NCBI GenBank assembly: GCA_002862945.1
Contig: PKCJ01000107.1
Coordinates: forward strand, 1,485 to 65,484
DNA length: 64,000 bases
Reading direction: 5' to 3'
From: Opitutia bacterium
Lineage (GTDB): Bacteria > Verrucomicrobiota > Verrucomicrobiia > Opitutales > Coraliomargaritaceae
Shown here piece after piece: positions 30,242 through 39,562 of this stretch; the first letter of the stretch is position 1; each line of letters opens with the position of its first letter. The translations under genes were made by a program, and so were the position numbers. A model generated the notes under the pieces. That model did not search any database. It worked only from the letters and a program-made list of their open reading frames with translations, and was not told the origin of the DNA.

Positions 30242-30323
30242 GGTCGAATGGTGGAATTGGCAGACACGCATGTTTAAGGGACATGTGCCGAGAGGCGTGG
30301 GGGTTCAAGTCCCCCTTCGACCA
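30242..30323 (+). tRNA. tRNA-Leu, anticodon AAG
   Basis: Acceptor stem GGTCGAA/TTCGACC with discriminator A. D-arm GTGGAATTGGCAGACAC; anticodon stem CATGT/ACATG with loop TT-AAG-GG; long variable arm; T-arm GGGGG-TTCAAGT-CCCCC. CCA is not encoded. Confidence 0.95.
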
Positions 30324-30441
30324 CGGGGCTTTATCTGAGATTTGTTTTTGTAAATGTAGCCATACCCTTGCGGCGCTTTCAATTTGGGAAACAATCAAAG
30401 AATGAGTTGAAAAATTTGAGCTAGCCACGGATATCTGGTAA

Positions 30442-31371
30442 TCATTTCACACCACTCGCTAAGACTGTCTGGAAGTTAGGCTCCTCACTTTCGCAGGCGA
30501 CGACGGTAACTTCGATCTTACGGAATCCGGCATTCTTAAGAAACTGGTAGAGAGAATTCTCGGAAAACCCGAGCCAGATATCGGCATACAGTTCGCGAGC
30601 TTTTTCAAACTGGTGCTCTAAAAGGTCAATAATGATTAACTCGCCGCCGGGCTTCAAGATGCGTAAAGCCTCTTGCACTGCAGCCTCTGGATGTTGCGCA
30701 TGATGCAGCGCTTGGCTAAGCAGGGCGAGATCAACGCTCTCGTCCTCAAGAGGCACCTTCTCGATATCACCAAGTTGATACTCTAAATTGCTAAAGCCGT
30801 TCTTCTTTGCGAGCTCGCGCCCAAACTCTACCATCTTAGGTGAATTGTCGACACATGTGACTTGCTCCGCACGACGCGCAAGCAACTGCGAAATCAAGCC
30901 CTCGCCCGCACCTAGATCGGCAATCCTGATTTTCGGCGTGAGATGGAGCAGGAAGTGACCAATCGCCTCCCAGCTACGCCCAGGGCAATAGTTTTTACCT
31001 AGACGACCAGCGACGGAGTTAAAATACTGTTCCGACTGTTGCTTACGCTTTTCCAAAATGCGTTTGAGGTTTGCATGGTCGCAAACAATCTGCTCGGAAG
31101 CATCGACCGAGGCACAAGCCGCCTCCAAAAGCGCCGAACCTAGCGGATCGAAGTTACGATTGACCGCATAGAAAGTCTTTTTACCCTCGCGACGGTCATG
31201 AACCAGCTCGCCTTGGCGCAGGAGACCAAGGTGGGAAGAAATCCGCGATTGCCCCATGTCGAGCACCTCTTGCAACTCAGCAACCGAAAGCTCCTCGCGC
31301 GTCAAAAGCGAAAGAATCCTTACCCGCGTCGAGTCAGCCAATAATTTAAGAGTTTCCCAAGAATCTGCCAT
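30442..31371 (-). CDS. ArsR-HTH / SAM-dependent methyltransferase-fold fusion regulator (SahR-like)
   Basis: N-terminal LADSTRVRIL...QSRISSHL HTH; C-terminal ADLGAGEG and RILKPGG. Confidence 0.88.
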   Translation of the reverse strand: MADSWETLKLLADSTRVRILSLLTREELSVAELQEVLDMGQSRISSHLGLLRQGELVHDRREGKKTFYAVNRNFDPLGSALLEAACASVDASEQIVCDHANLKRILEKRKQQSEQYFNSVAGRLGKNYCPGRSWEAIGHFLLHLTPKIRIADLGAGEGLISQLLARRAEQVTCVDNSPKMVEFGRELAKKNGFSNLEYQLGDIEKVPLEDESVDLALLSQALHHAQHPEAAVQEALRILKPGGELIIIDLLEHQFEKARELYADIWLGFSENSLYQFLKNAGFRKIEVTVVACESEEPNFQTVLASGVK

Positions 31372-31700
31372 CCCTAGAGTTTCAAAGAATAAGGGTGCGG
31401 CTGGCAAGCAATCTCCACAGGGCACTTTACTGATGAAGGGGCGCTCCTACATTAAATCAATCCTTCCAATGCTTTCACCGCTTTAACTGGCAAAATTCCT
31501 CATGCTTCCAATGTATTCAATGCTGCCATTTGATTGTCATTCACTCCGAGCCGGCAATATTTTCAATTTGCACATTTAAATCACTAGCACTTTATAGAAT
31601 TAATGAAACAGAATGGGCAAATTGATAAAGCTGTTCCAGCCGAAGCGAAAAAACTGGACGCGCAAGGAACCAGATCACTTGAGCACGGATTAAGGCAATC

Positions 31701-33035
31701 GTGATTAAAACCTGCATCATCGGATCTGGTTTAACAGCTCTCGCCCGTGCATGGCAGCTTAAGCAACGCGGGCAGGACTGCGACATACTGGAAATATCCG
31801 ATCAATTTGGCGGCTCGATCCAGAGCCACCGCGTGGGTGATTACCTCGCAGAGGAAGGACCTAACTCAATTCAGGTCAACAGTCCTGAGGTCGAAAAATT
31901 TTTAAAGAGTATTCCAGGTTTCGGAGATCGAGTTGTGGTGGCTTCGAACGACTCGAAGAAACGCTTCATTCTAAGAAACGTAAAACCTTACGCTGTGCCG
32001 ACGGGATTGCTCTCCGCAATCACTACTCCGCTCTGGTCTTTAAGCGGTAAACTACGTGCGCTCAAAGAGCCATTCATCGCTCCAATTTGCCCCGAAAAAG
32101 AAGAAAGCGTCGCCGACTTCGCGCGGCGTCGCCTTGGACACGAAATCTACCGTTACGCGATAAATCCTCTAGTCGGTGGTATCTACGCGGGGGAACCCGA
32201 GCGACTTTCGCTGCGCTACGCATTCCCAAAGTTATATGCTCTAGAACAAAAATATGGCGGTATTTTGCGTGGTTCAATCGCAATTATGCGCGCAGATCGT
32301 AAGAGCAATGCTCCCAAGGTGGAAAAGCAGATTATCTCTTTTAAAAATGGCTTAGCAGAACTACCCCAATTGCTCGTAACTGCTTTAGGAGAGGCAGTGC
32401 ACGCTAACGTATCCATAAGCTCAATACAGAAAATTGGGGCCGGCTGGCGAGTTGATTGGAACGGAATAGCTCATCTTTACGACGAAATTCTGCTAACAAC
32501 GCCAGCACATGCTCTTGATAAATTACCGCTCGACGAATCACTTCAAAAAGCGCTAAAGCCGCTTCTAGCGATCGACTATTCGCCCGTATCCGTATTGACT
32601 GTCGCCTTTAAACGCAGCGATGTCGCCCACCCGCTCGATGGTTTCGGCTTGCTTGTGCCTGAGTATGAAGGGCGGAAAATTCTCGGTGCACTCTTCCCTG
32701 CCAGTCTTTTTGCTAGTCGCGCACCCGCAGGCGAAGTGTTACTGACGGTCTTCGTCGGCGGCGAGCGCCAAGCTGGACTCGCCGTTCCAGATAAAGATAC
32801 TCTACTAGCAAGCGTCCTACCTGAATTAAAAGAATTATTCGGCACGACCGGTGAGCCTACTTTTAGTCACCACAGGCATTGGCCGCGAGCTATCCCGCAA
32901 TATAATATTGGTTACGGCAAAATGCTTGCGCAAATGGACCTGGTTGAGAAGAAATTTGCTGGGCTTAAACTTGCAGGTAATTACCGCGATGGCATTTCGC
33001 TAAGTAATTGCATCGAAGCGGCAGTTTCCAAGTAG
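31701..33035 (+). CDS. hemG: protoporphyrinogen oxidase (FAD-dependent HemY-type)
   Basis: IIGSGLTAL, EEGPNS, GGIYAGEP, WPRAIPQY and AGNYRDGIS. Confidence 0.9.
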   Translation: MIKTCIIGSGLTALARAWQLKQRGQDCDILEISDQFGGSIQSHRVGDYLAEEGPNSIQVNSPEVEKFLKSIPGFGDRVVVASNDSKKRFILRNVKPYAVPTGLLSAITTPLWSLSGKLRALKEPFIAPICPEKEESVADFARRRLGHEIYRYAINPLVGGIYAGEPERLSLRYAFPKLYALEQKYGGILRGSIAIMRADRKSNAPKVEKQIISFKNGLAELPQLLVTALGEAVHANVSISSIQKIGAGWRVDWNGIAHLYDEILLTTPAHALDKLPLDESLQKALKPLLAIDYSPVSVLTVAFKRSDVAHPLDGFGLLVPEYEGRKILGALFPASLFASRAPAGEVLLTVFVGGERQAGLAVPDKDTLLASVLPELKELFGTTGEPTFSHHRHWPRAIPQYNIGYGKMLAQMDLVEKKFAGLKLAGNYRDGISLSNCIEAAVSK

Positions 33036-33089
33036 GGGCACCTCACTGCGTGAGCACTCATAGAGCATGTAAACGCACAGCAAAAATAC

Positions 33090-33123
33090 AAAAGCCCCGT
33101 AGCTGTTAGGCTAAGAGGCTTGG
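33090..33123 (-). terminator. imperfect hairpin terminator after the Cys-rich gene
   Basis: AAGCC..TAGC/GCTA..GGCTT imperfect stem preceded by A-runs. Confidence 0.35.
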
Positions 33124-33141
33124 TGAAAATTAATTTTTTCT

Positions 33142-33495
33142 TTACGCGTCTGCTGGGCAGCAAGACATCTTCGGCATGGGGATTGTAGACTTCGCGGCCG
33201 AGGAAGCTGCTTCGCTTACGCCACAAGATTTTTTGTCGTCGCTATCCTTATCTGCCGCGCTGGGCTTGTCGCCACCACAAGTGCCACAGCAAGACTTTCC
33301 CTTTGTGTCGCAGGATTTCTTATCATCGACACATGCTTTCTTTTCAGAGCAGCATGAACCCGAGTCAGAGCAACAGCTCTTTGTAGCTTCGTCATGCGAG
33401 TGCGCTTTTTCGCCAGTACCGCAGCCGCCACAATGTGCATTGGCCGTTACTGTCGCGGCGAGGATAAAAATCGTAATTAGTAGTGATTTTATCAT
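33142..33495 (-). CDS. secreted Cys-rich, metallothionein-like small protein
   Basis: Signal peptide ending ANA; mature part starts HCGGCG and has 14 Cys, including four SCC motifs. Confidence 0.8.
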   Translation of the reverse strand: MIKSLLITIFILAATVTANAHCGGCGTGEKAHSHDEATKSCCSDSGSCCSEKKACVDDKKSCDTKGKSCCGTCGGDKPSAADKDSDDKKSCGVSEAASSAAKSTIPMPKMSCCPADA

Positions 33496-33567
33496 AGTAT
33501 GTCTGGAAAGACTTGGGTTTTAAGATAGTATGGATTCAAGTATATGTGTGACCACTAATAATTCCAA

Positions 33568-34350
33568 CTATTTTGCAAGTTCTATTCTCTCAAAACTCAA
33601 ACTAAGTCCTGTAGAGGGATCAACCTCGATTAGACAACCAGAAATACGCACATCGTCATCCGCTACGGGGAAACGACGTTTCATGCCATCGAGGAAGGCA
33701 GCCACAACTTGCCCGACATCGCGTCCCAAGACGGAGGCATAGGGACCACACATGCCAGCATCACTCAAATAAGCAGTTCCTTTGGGTAAAATACGGCCAT
33801 CAGCCGTGGGCACGTGTGTATGAGTGCCGACCACTGCGGCGGCGCGTCCGTCCAAGTGCCAGCCTAGGGCAATCTTCTCTGAAGTGGCCTCCATATGAAC
33901 TTCGACGAAGACTGCGTCGCACTGCGACTCCAGTTCAGCAAGCTTAGCGTCAGCCATAAGGAAGGGACAACTGGACTTGAGCGTCAGATAGTTGCGCCCA
34001 AGGACAGTCAAGATGGCGAGGCGAAAGCCATCTTTTTCCACAATCAAGTGGCTGCGCCCAGGGTTTTGCTCGGGCAAATTGGCTGGGCGGCAGACCTGGT
34101 CCAGCTCATCGATTTCATTTTCAAATTTTTTCTGATCCCAGACGTGGTCACCTAGCGTTACGGCGTCGACACCGGCTGCGATCAACTGGTCAGCGATTTT
34201 TTTCGTAATACCTGCTCCGCCCGCAGAGTTTTCAGCGTTGGCGATCACAATGTCCGCGCCTAGCTCCTTGCGCAGCGACGCAATGCGCTCGACTACAAAA
34301 TTGCGGCCAGGACGCCCGACAATGTCACCTAGGAACAGAATTTTTGGCAT
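33568..34350 (-). CDS. ymdB: YmdB-family metallophosphoesterase
   Basis: Motifs [24 protein letters not shown] and [11 protein letters not shown]; start at ATG 34350. Confidence 0.93.
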   Translation of the reverse strand: MPKILFLGDIVGRPGRNFVVERIASLRKELGADIVIANAENSAGGAGITKKIADQLIAAGVDAVTLGDHVWDQKKFENEIDELDQVCRPANLPEQNPGRSHLIVEKDGFRLAILTVLGRNYLTLKSSCPFLMADAKLAELESQCDAVFVEVHMEATSEKIALGWHLDGRAAAVVGTHTHVPTADGRILPKGTAYLSDAGMCGPYASVLGRDVGQVVAAFLDGMKRRFPVADDDVRISGCLIEVDPSTGLSLSFERIELAK

Positions 34351-34628
34351 ATTTTTATGGTATGAAGACAGGCATGAATCGTGCAAGCCAACTTATCAGA
34401 GATAAATTTTGAATTTGAAAACCCATCTTAATCAGGCACAGCTTTAAATGACTCGTTATGTAGCCATCGCGCTAGTAGCCTGAAGTTGATACTTCAATCT
34501 CTAGGAGTGTATCGTGATAAAGGGTGCTTACATGCTTGATTTAGGGGCGTTTTACTGTCTTCTTCCTAGCCTTTGCGCTTGGGCGCTGCGCCTAAAGCCA
34601 ACCAGAAACACAAAATACCACACACACG

Positions 34629-36413
34629 ATGAAAACCGATAAAGCAATCGCCTTTCCTGAACAGGACGAAATTGGCCCCGAAATGAAGGGTGCTGATGCC
34701 TTGGTAGCCTCTCTTGAGCGCGAGGGTGTGGATGTGGTCTATGCTTACCCCGGCGGCGCTTCAATGGAACTGCACCAAGCCCTGACTAAGAGCGAAAAAA
34801 TCCGAACTATTCTCCCTCGCTTCGAGCAGGGTGGTGGCTTCATGGCGCATGGGCATGCACGTGTCACTGGTAAAGCCAGCGTCTGCATGGCAACATCCGG
34901 TCCCGGCGCTACAAATCTCGTCACCTGTATCGCAGATGCTTTTATGGACAGCATTCCACTGATCGCGATCACTGGTCAAGTTTACCAGCAATTTATCGGC
35001 AAAACTGCTTTCCAAGAGACCGACTTCTTTGGCATGACACTACCTATCGTGAAACACAGCTTCCTCGTTCTCGACAAGGAAGACCTCCCTCGCGTGATCA
35101 AGGAAGCGTTCCATATTGCACAGACTGGTCGTCCAGGCCCTGTTGTGATCGATATTCCGAAGGATGTGCAGCAAGCCATGTTCAAGCCAATTTTTCCTGC
35201 TAAGATCGATATCCCAGGCTACAAGATTAAATCAAACAAGCCCAGAGCAACCGACGAGGAACTCCATAAAGTGCTTGACCTGATAAGTGGTGCCAAGCGC
35301 CCCGTGCTCTACATCGGTGGTGGCATTATCTCTGCAGAGGCACATCTAGAGTTGCGCGAGTTAGCCGAAGTCACTGGACTACCCGTTGCCTCCACACTTA
35401 TGGGGCTCGGCGCCTTCGATGCAGAGCACCCGCAGTCGCTCTACTGGTTCGGCATGCATGGAACGGTTGCTGGTAACTGGGCCGTCTGCGATAGCGACAT
35501 CCTCGTTTGTGCAGGCGCTCGTTTCGACGACCGTATCACAGGCCTCGTTTCCAAATTCGCACCTGATGCAGAGATCGTCCACATCGACATCGACGTCTCA
35601 GAGCATAATAAAAACAAGCGCGTCAAACACCCCATCCATTCGGATATAAAATACGCGCTAAAACGCATGATCGAGCTGGCTAAAAAAGGTAAATTCAAAA
35701 AGCCCAACATCAATAAATGGAATGCTACGATCGAAGGCTGGAAAAAAGAATACCCATTTTCCTACGATAAGACGGGCCACATAACACAGCAAGAAGCCAT
35801 CGAAACGCTCTACGATGTCACGAAGGGCGACGCCATCATTACGACTGGCGTAGGGCAGCACCAAATGTGGGCGGCACAATTTTTTAAGTTCCGCGAGCCA
35901 CGCACCTACATTAGCTCACTTGGCCTCGGCACGATGGGTTTTGGCCTGCCTGCCGCGATTGGTGCCAAGGTTGCTCGTCCCGATAAGCTCGTTGTCAATA
36001 TCGATGGTGACGGTTGTTTCATGATGAACATTCAGGAACTGGCCACCGCGAAGATCGAAAAAATCAATGCAAAGACCATTATCATGAACAACCAGCACTT
36101 AGGTATGGTCGTGCAGTGGGAAGATTTGCTCTACGAAAGCGTGCGCGGCCAAACTGTTCTATGCGATAAGGACAACATCGGTGGCCCCGACAATGTCGAT
36201 GCCATCTATCCAGACTTTATAAAAATCTCCGAGGGTTTTGGCGTAGCTGGCAAGCGTGTGGTCAAACGCGAGGATCTACGTGGCGCGATCGAAGAAATGA
36301 TCGCTCACGATGGCCCTTATGTTCTCGAGATAGTCGTGCCCTACACTGAACACGTTTTACCTATGATTAAGCAAGGCCTTTCCGCAAAGGAAATTTTAAT
36401 TAAGTCAGAATAA
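34629..36413 (+). CDS. ilvB: acetolactate synthase large subunit
   Basis: [13 protein letters not shown] and the ThDP motif [10 protein letters not shown]...NNQHLGMV. Confidence 0.96.
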   Translation: MKTDKAIAFPEQDEIGPEMKGADALVASLEREGVDVVYAYPGGASMELHQALTKSEKIRTILPRFEQGGGFMAHGHARVTGKASVCMATSGPGATNLVTCIADAFMDSIPLIAITGQVYQQFIGKTAFQETDFFGMTLPIVKHSFLVLDKEDLPRVIKEAFHIAQTGRPGPVVIDIPKDVQQAMFKPIFPAKIDIPGYKIKSNKPRATDEELHKVLDLISGAKRPVLYIGGGIISAEAHLELRELAEVTGLPVASTLMGLGAFDAEHPQSLYWFGMHGTVAGNWAVCDSDILVCAGARFDDRITGLVSKFAPDAEIVHIDIDVSEHNKNKRVKHPIHSDIKYALKRMIELAKKGKFKKPNINKWNATIEGWKKEYPFSYDKTGHITQQEAIETLYDVTKGDAIITTGVGQHQMWAAQFFKFREPRTYISSLGLGTMGFGLPAAIGAKVARPDKLVVNIDGDGCFMMNIQELATAKIEKINAKTIIMNNQHLGMVVQWEDLLYESVRGQTVLCDKDNIGGPDNVDAIYPDFIKISEGFGVAGKRVVKREDLRGAIEEMIAHDGPYVLEIVVPYTEHVLPMIKQGLSAKEILIKSE

Positions 36414-36462
36414 GGCCCTGCATATATAATTAAGCGGATCGGTTCGACGCAAGATCTACGAA

Positions 36463-37011
36463 TCAGTGGTAGCCAAAAACCTTTTTAACGAAGCCCCAGA
36501 AACTAGGCTTGGGCGGAACTTGAGGTGGGAAAGGATTCTGCGTGGAGGGCTCAGTGCTCTTGCTCTCGGAACTCGAAGCGTTTGGCTCATAGCTAAGCTC
36601 TAAGCGGTAATTTTGAATCGAAGGACGTTGAATGACGGCGACCTCGACAATCTCGGAAAGTTGATCGAGATAATCTTTGCCAATCGATTCGAGCAGGATG
36701 GGTCCGAAATAATAATTAAGCGATTCGTGCTCATAGATGACATACCATCCAGTGTCGAGCTTGGAGGGATGGTCTAATAGATCAGCAGGATAGCGTTGGT
36801 CGAAGTCTACCTTGGACAAAAAACCCGCAAATGGAATCGCGGCTTCATCAATCACGCGTATGGGCGTTGCTTGTAGTAGTGCTGGGAGAACAAAAAACAA
36901 TAACGCGAGTGCTAGCGCGCGCCCTAAAGATCTTAGTGTGAAGATAGCGCGAGCAAGCACCCAAAGTGCATTCGACTCGCGCGCTAATGAGTTATGCATG
37001 AACGAGGTCAT
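36463..37011 (-). CDS. hypothetical exported protein
   Basis: Hydrophobic leader, globular core, Pro-rich linker and amphipathic C-terminus; ATGA-coupled to the upstream gene. Confidence 0.7.
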   Translation of the reverse strand: MTSFMHNSLARESNALWVLARAIFTLRSLGRALALALLFFVLPALLQATPIRVIDEAAIPFAGFLSKVDFDQRYPADLLDHPSKLDTGWYVIYEHESLNYYFGPILLESIGKDYLDQLSEIVEVAVIQRPSIQNYRLELSYEPNASSSESKSTEPSTQNPFPPQVPPKPSFWGFVKKVFGYH

Positions 37012-37712
37012 AGTCCACTCGGCAAGTTAGTGCCATAGTCACCACCTAGGCTGCCGTTACCAGCTTGCGAGCCACCGGTGGCTTCTTGACCTGCCACGGT
37101 GTTAAAGTCATTTACCTCTGGAGGTATGGTGCTGCTGCCAGATGTTAAGCTAGTTGAAGTAGTGCTTTCTTTAGATCGATTGACCTCTATAGTCTCTTGT
37201 GCGCCTGCGCCACCAAAACCAAAGTCATCAAAATTGCGTGGCTCCTGGTTGTCGAAACCAGAACCGCCTAATGGTTCGGAGGTAGGTGTGCCGCCAGAAC
37301 CAGTGCCTGCGGAGCTAGCCTCTACTTTACTAGTGGCTTCGCTGAAACCGCCGCCACCCTTGGTGCCTGTTAAGTCTGAATAGAGCGTTTCAGCGCTGCC
37401 AATTCTTGCACTGCCAACAGCGCTACTAGAACTAAATTTTGAACTAGAGTTCTCCACTGCTTTGCCACCGCCCGGGCCGTCGACACTTTCTAAATCTTGT
37501 TGCTCTACCCCCTCGCTTCCTCCTACACCTGCGGAGCCATCTTCGCTACCGTTGTCTCCAAATTCGTCTCCGCCAGACTCGGAAAAGCCAACGGTCGATT
37601 CCGAATCAGAGCTTCGCGTTGTGATGCGACCGTCAAAGAGATCGGGATCGGGCGCGGCGAAAAGAGTGATCACAGAGGAGAGGCACACAAAAGGAGAGAA
37701 CCAAAACTTCAA
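37008..37712 (-). CDS. hypothetical exported Gly/Ser-rich low-complexity protein
   Basis: Probable TTG start at 37712 (MKFWFSPFVCLSSVITLFAAPDPD). Acidic G/S-rich body ending DYGTNLPSGL. Confidence 0.65.
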   Translation of the reverse strand: MKFWFSPFVCLSSVITLFAAPDPDLFDGRITTRSSDSESTVGFSESGGDEFGDNGSEDGSAGVGGSEGVEQQDLESVDGPGGGKAVENSSSKFSSSSAVGSARIGSAETLYSDLTGTKGGGGFSEATSKVEASSAGTGSGGTPTSEPLGGSGFDNQEPRNFDDFGFGGAGAQETIEVNRSKESTTSTSLTSGSSTIPPEVNDFNTVAGQEATGGSQAGNGSLGGDYGTNLPSGL

Positions 37713-37828
37713 TGGAGACTTTCGATTGTAGAGGAAGCGCGAAATGGATTGTGATAGCGTTGCCGCACTACCTGATAGAAGAAACGAGCTTATCGCTTTA
37801 CCACTCTGGCGAGAAGTCAATGAAGCAA

Positions 37829-39430
37829 CTATAACTTTTTGGTGCATGCGACGGTAATCGTTGGATTGGGCTTGGTAGCATCAACCTTGAGGTCGATCTC
37901 GATACTTTCGTATCCAGAACGGATACCACGAACTTTATAGACATCAGGAAAGAGTTTTAATTTTTCTACCCTGAATCGATCGGGTGGCAGGACACCGATA
38001 ATACTTACATAGGTGCGCTTATCAGACTCTATCGTCACGCTGACTTCGTTCAGCTGGGCGGCGAGCACGGCGCGTATACGAGCTTCTTCAATCTGTTGAC
38101 TAGATCCGACGGTACTGGGCCGAATGGCCATGGCTTCGTTAAAAAGTTTAGCGGCAATCGGGAAACGCCCGTCTTCAACCTGTTTGGTTGCGGCGGCTAA
38201 ACTTTGACTGTAACGAATATTAGCAAGGTAGAGGTTAGAGGCTTTTTCAAGTCCCGCGCGGGCCTCTTTCGAGTCGGGCGCGAGAGAAACGGCTTCTTTA
38301 TAGAAATTACGAGCTACTTCATAGCGACCAGACTTCAAAGCGTCGAAACCATCAGCGAAGAGAATTTCTAAGCGAGCAGCTTTATATTTTTCTTTGAGTT
38401 CGACGAGGCGAGCTTGTTGTTCGGGGGTTGACTTGATCTGCAACGCAGCTTCAAGGGAAACAACCGCTGCGCCTAGGTTGCCCGCTTGTTCGGCCTGAAC
38501 AGACGCGGCCACGAGTGCCTGGAAATCACGCTCTAGAATGCGAGCTTCGAGTGAGGTGCGCTGATTGCTAATAAAGGAATTTTGTTGATTTTCAGCTGAC
38601 AAGCGCTCGTACTCAGCGAGCGCGCCTTCTAGGTCGCCACTAGCTTCAAGCGCACGAATGACTTTGACTTCTTCACTAATACCTTCGAGCGCAGTCACCA
38701 TGATTAGACCATCAGTTGCGGCCGCATTCGCCCCATCGAGATCGAGAACAGACTCGAAGGCAGTCCGAGAGCCAGCAAGGTTGTAAGCCTCCAGCGCCGT
38801 AGTCGCGGCTTCAAGCAGACCAGCTATTTGCTCAATGGCGCGGGCTTCCATATTGCCAAGAATTGCACCTGCCATCTCGAAGTCGTCGGCTGCGGATTGA
38901 TACTCGGCCGTTTTGAGCTTACCTAACGCACTATTGTAGGTCTCGACGGCTTCGCGGTAGGTGTTCTCGAAGGAAGATTTTAGGTAGTCGAGGCGCTGTA
39001 GCTCTGAATAAGTATTATCATTCAGGTCGCGCACTTTTTCGACCAGCGCGAGCACAGCAAGTTGAGACTCTGCTGCTTGGACGACGAGCGCGAAATATTT
39101 AGTGGCGCGGTCTAGCTTGCCTTGGACCATGGCATCTCTGCCTTTTTTGGCATTGCGCTTGAGATCAGACATAAAGTCAAGTGAGACATCGCCCTCTCGC
39201 AGCGCTTTGGCGAGATCTTGTTCGATTAAATTATCCGCTTTTTCAGCAAGTTGACGAAGGTCAAAATCGGCAATGCTGGTTTCTTTTTGATTTACAGTAA
39301 TGCTACCGCTGCCGATTTCTGAGCTTACGAAAGTACCGATGCGTGTGATCAGAAGTATCAGCAATGGAACAACGATGAGCGCGGCCAAAAAAAGGGCGAC
39401 GATTAAAACGGGTTTCTTATTTTGGGTCAT
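37829..39430 (-). CDS. membrane-anchored TPR-like protein with a C-terminal PEGA-like beta domain
   Basis: N-terminal TM, helical repeats (GDLEGALAEY, GRYEVARNFYKEA), and C-terminal VTIESD...PDVYKVRGIRSGY. Confidence 0.8.
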   Translation of the reverse strand: MTQNKKPVLIVALFLAALIVVPLLILLITRIGTFVSSEIGSGSITVNQKETSIADFDLRQLAEKADNLIEQDLAKALREGDVSLDFMSDLKRNAKKGRDAMVQGKLDRATKYFALVVQAAESQLAVLALVEKVRDLNDNTYSELQRLDYLKSSFENTYREAVETYNSALGKLKTAEYQSAADDFEMAGAILGNMEARAIEQIAGLLEAATTALEAYNLAGSRTAFESVLDLDGANAAATDGLIMVTALEGISEEVKVIRALEASGDLEGALAEYERLSAENQQNSFISNQRTSLEARILERDFQALVAASVQAEQAGNLGAAVVSLEAALQIKSTPEQQARLVELKEKYKAARLEILFADGFDALKSGRYEVARNFYKEAVSLAPDSKEARAGLEKASNLYLANIRYSQSLAAATKQVEDGRFPIAAKLFNEAMAIRPSTVGSSQQIEEARIRAVLAAQLNEVSVTIESDKRTYVSIIGVLPPDRFRVEKLKLFPDVYKVRGIRSGYESIEIDLKVDATKPNPTITVACTKKL

Positions 39431-39562
39431 AGGTTAGTAAAAAATCTAGAATAAGAATCAAAGGCTCAATTACCATGAGAAAAATTACTCTTAATATCTC
39501 CCTTCCGTTGAGTTCTTCGTGCTTGCATGGGAGTTCAAAAAAAACAGCCTTTCGGCAATTTT

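Noticed and set aside
30210-30428. Short ORFs on both strands over the tRNA
   Set aside because: They are shadows of the tRNA-Leu gene.
30324-30441. Integrated element at the tRNA 3' end
   Set aside because: No integrase and no duplicated tRNA 3' end were found in the window.
34500-34628. ilvB attenuator
   Set aside because: There is no Ile/Leu/Val-rich leader peptide or terminator, only a small hairpin.
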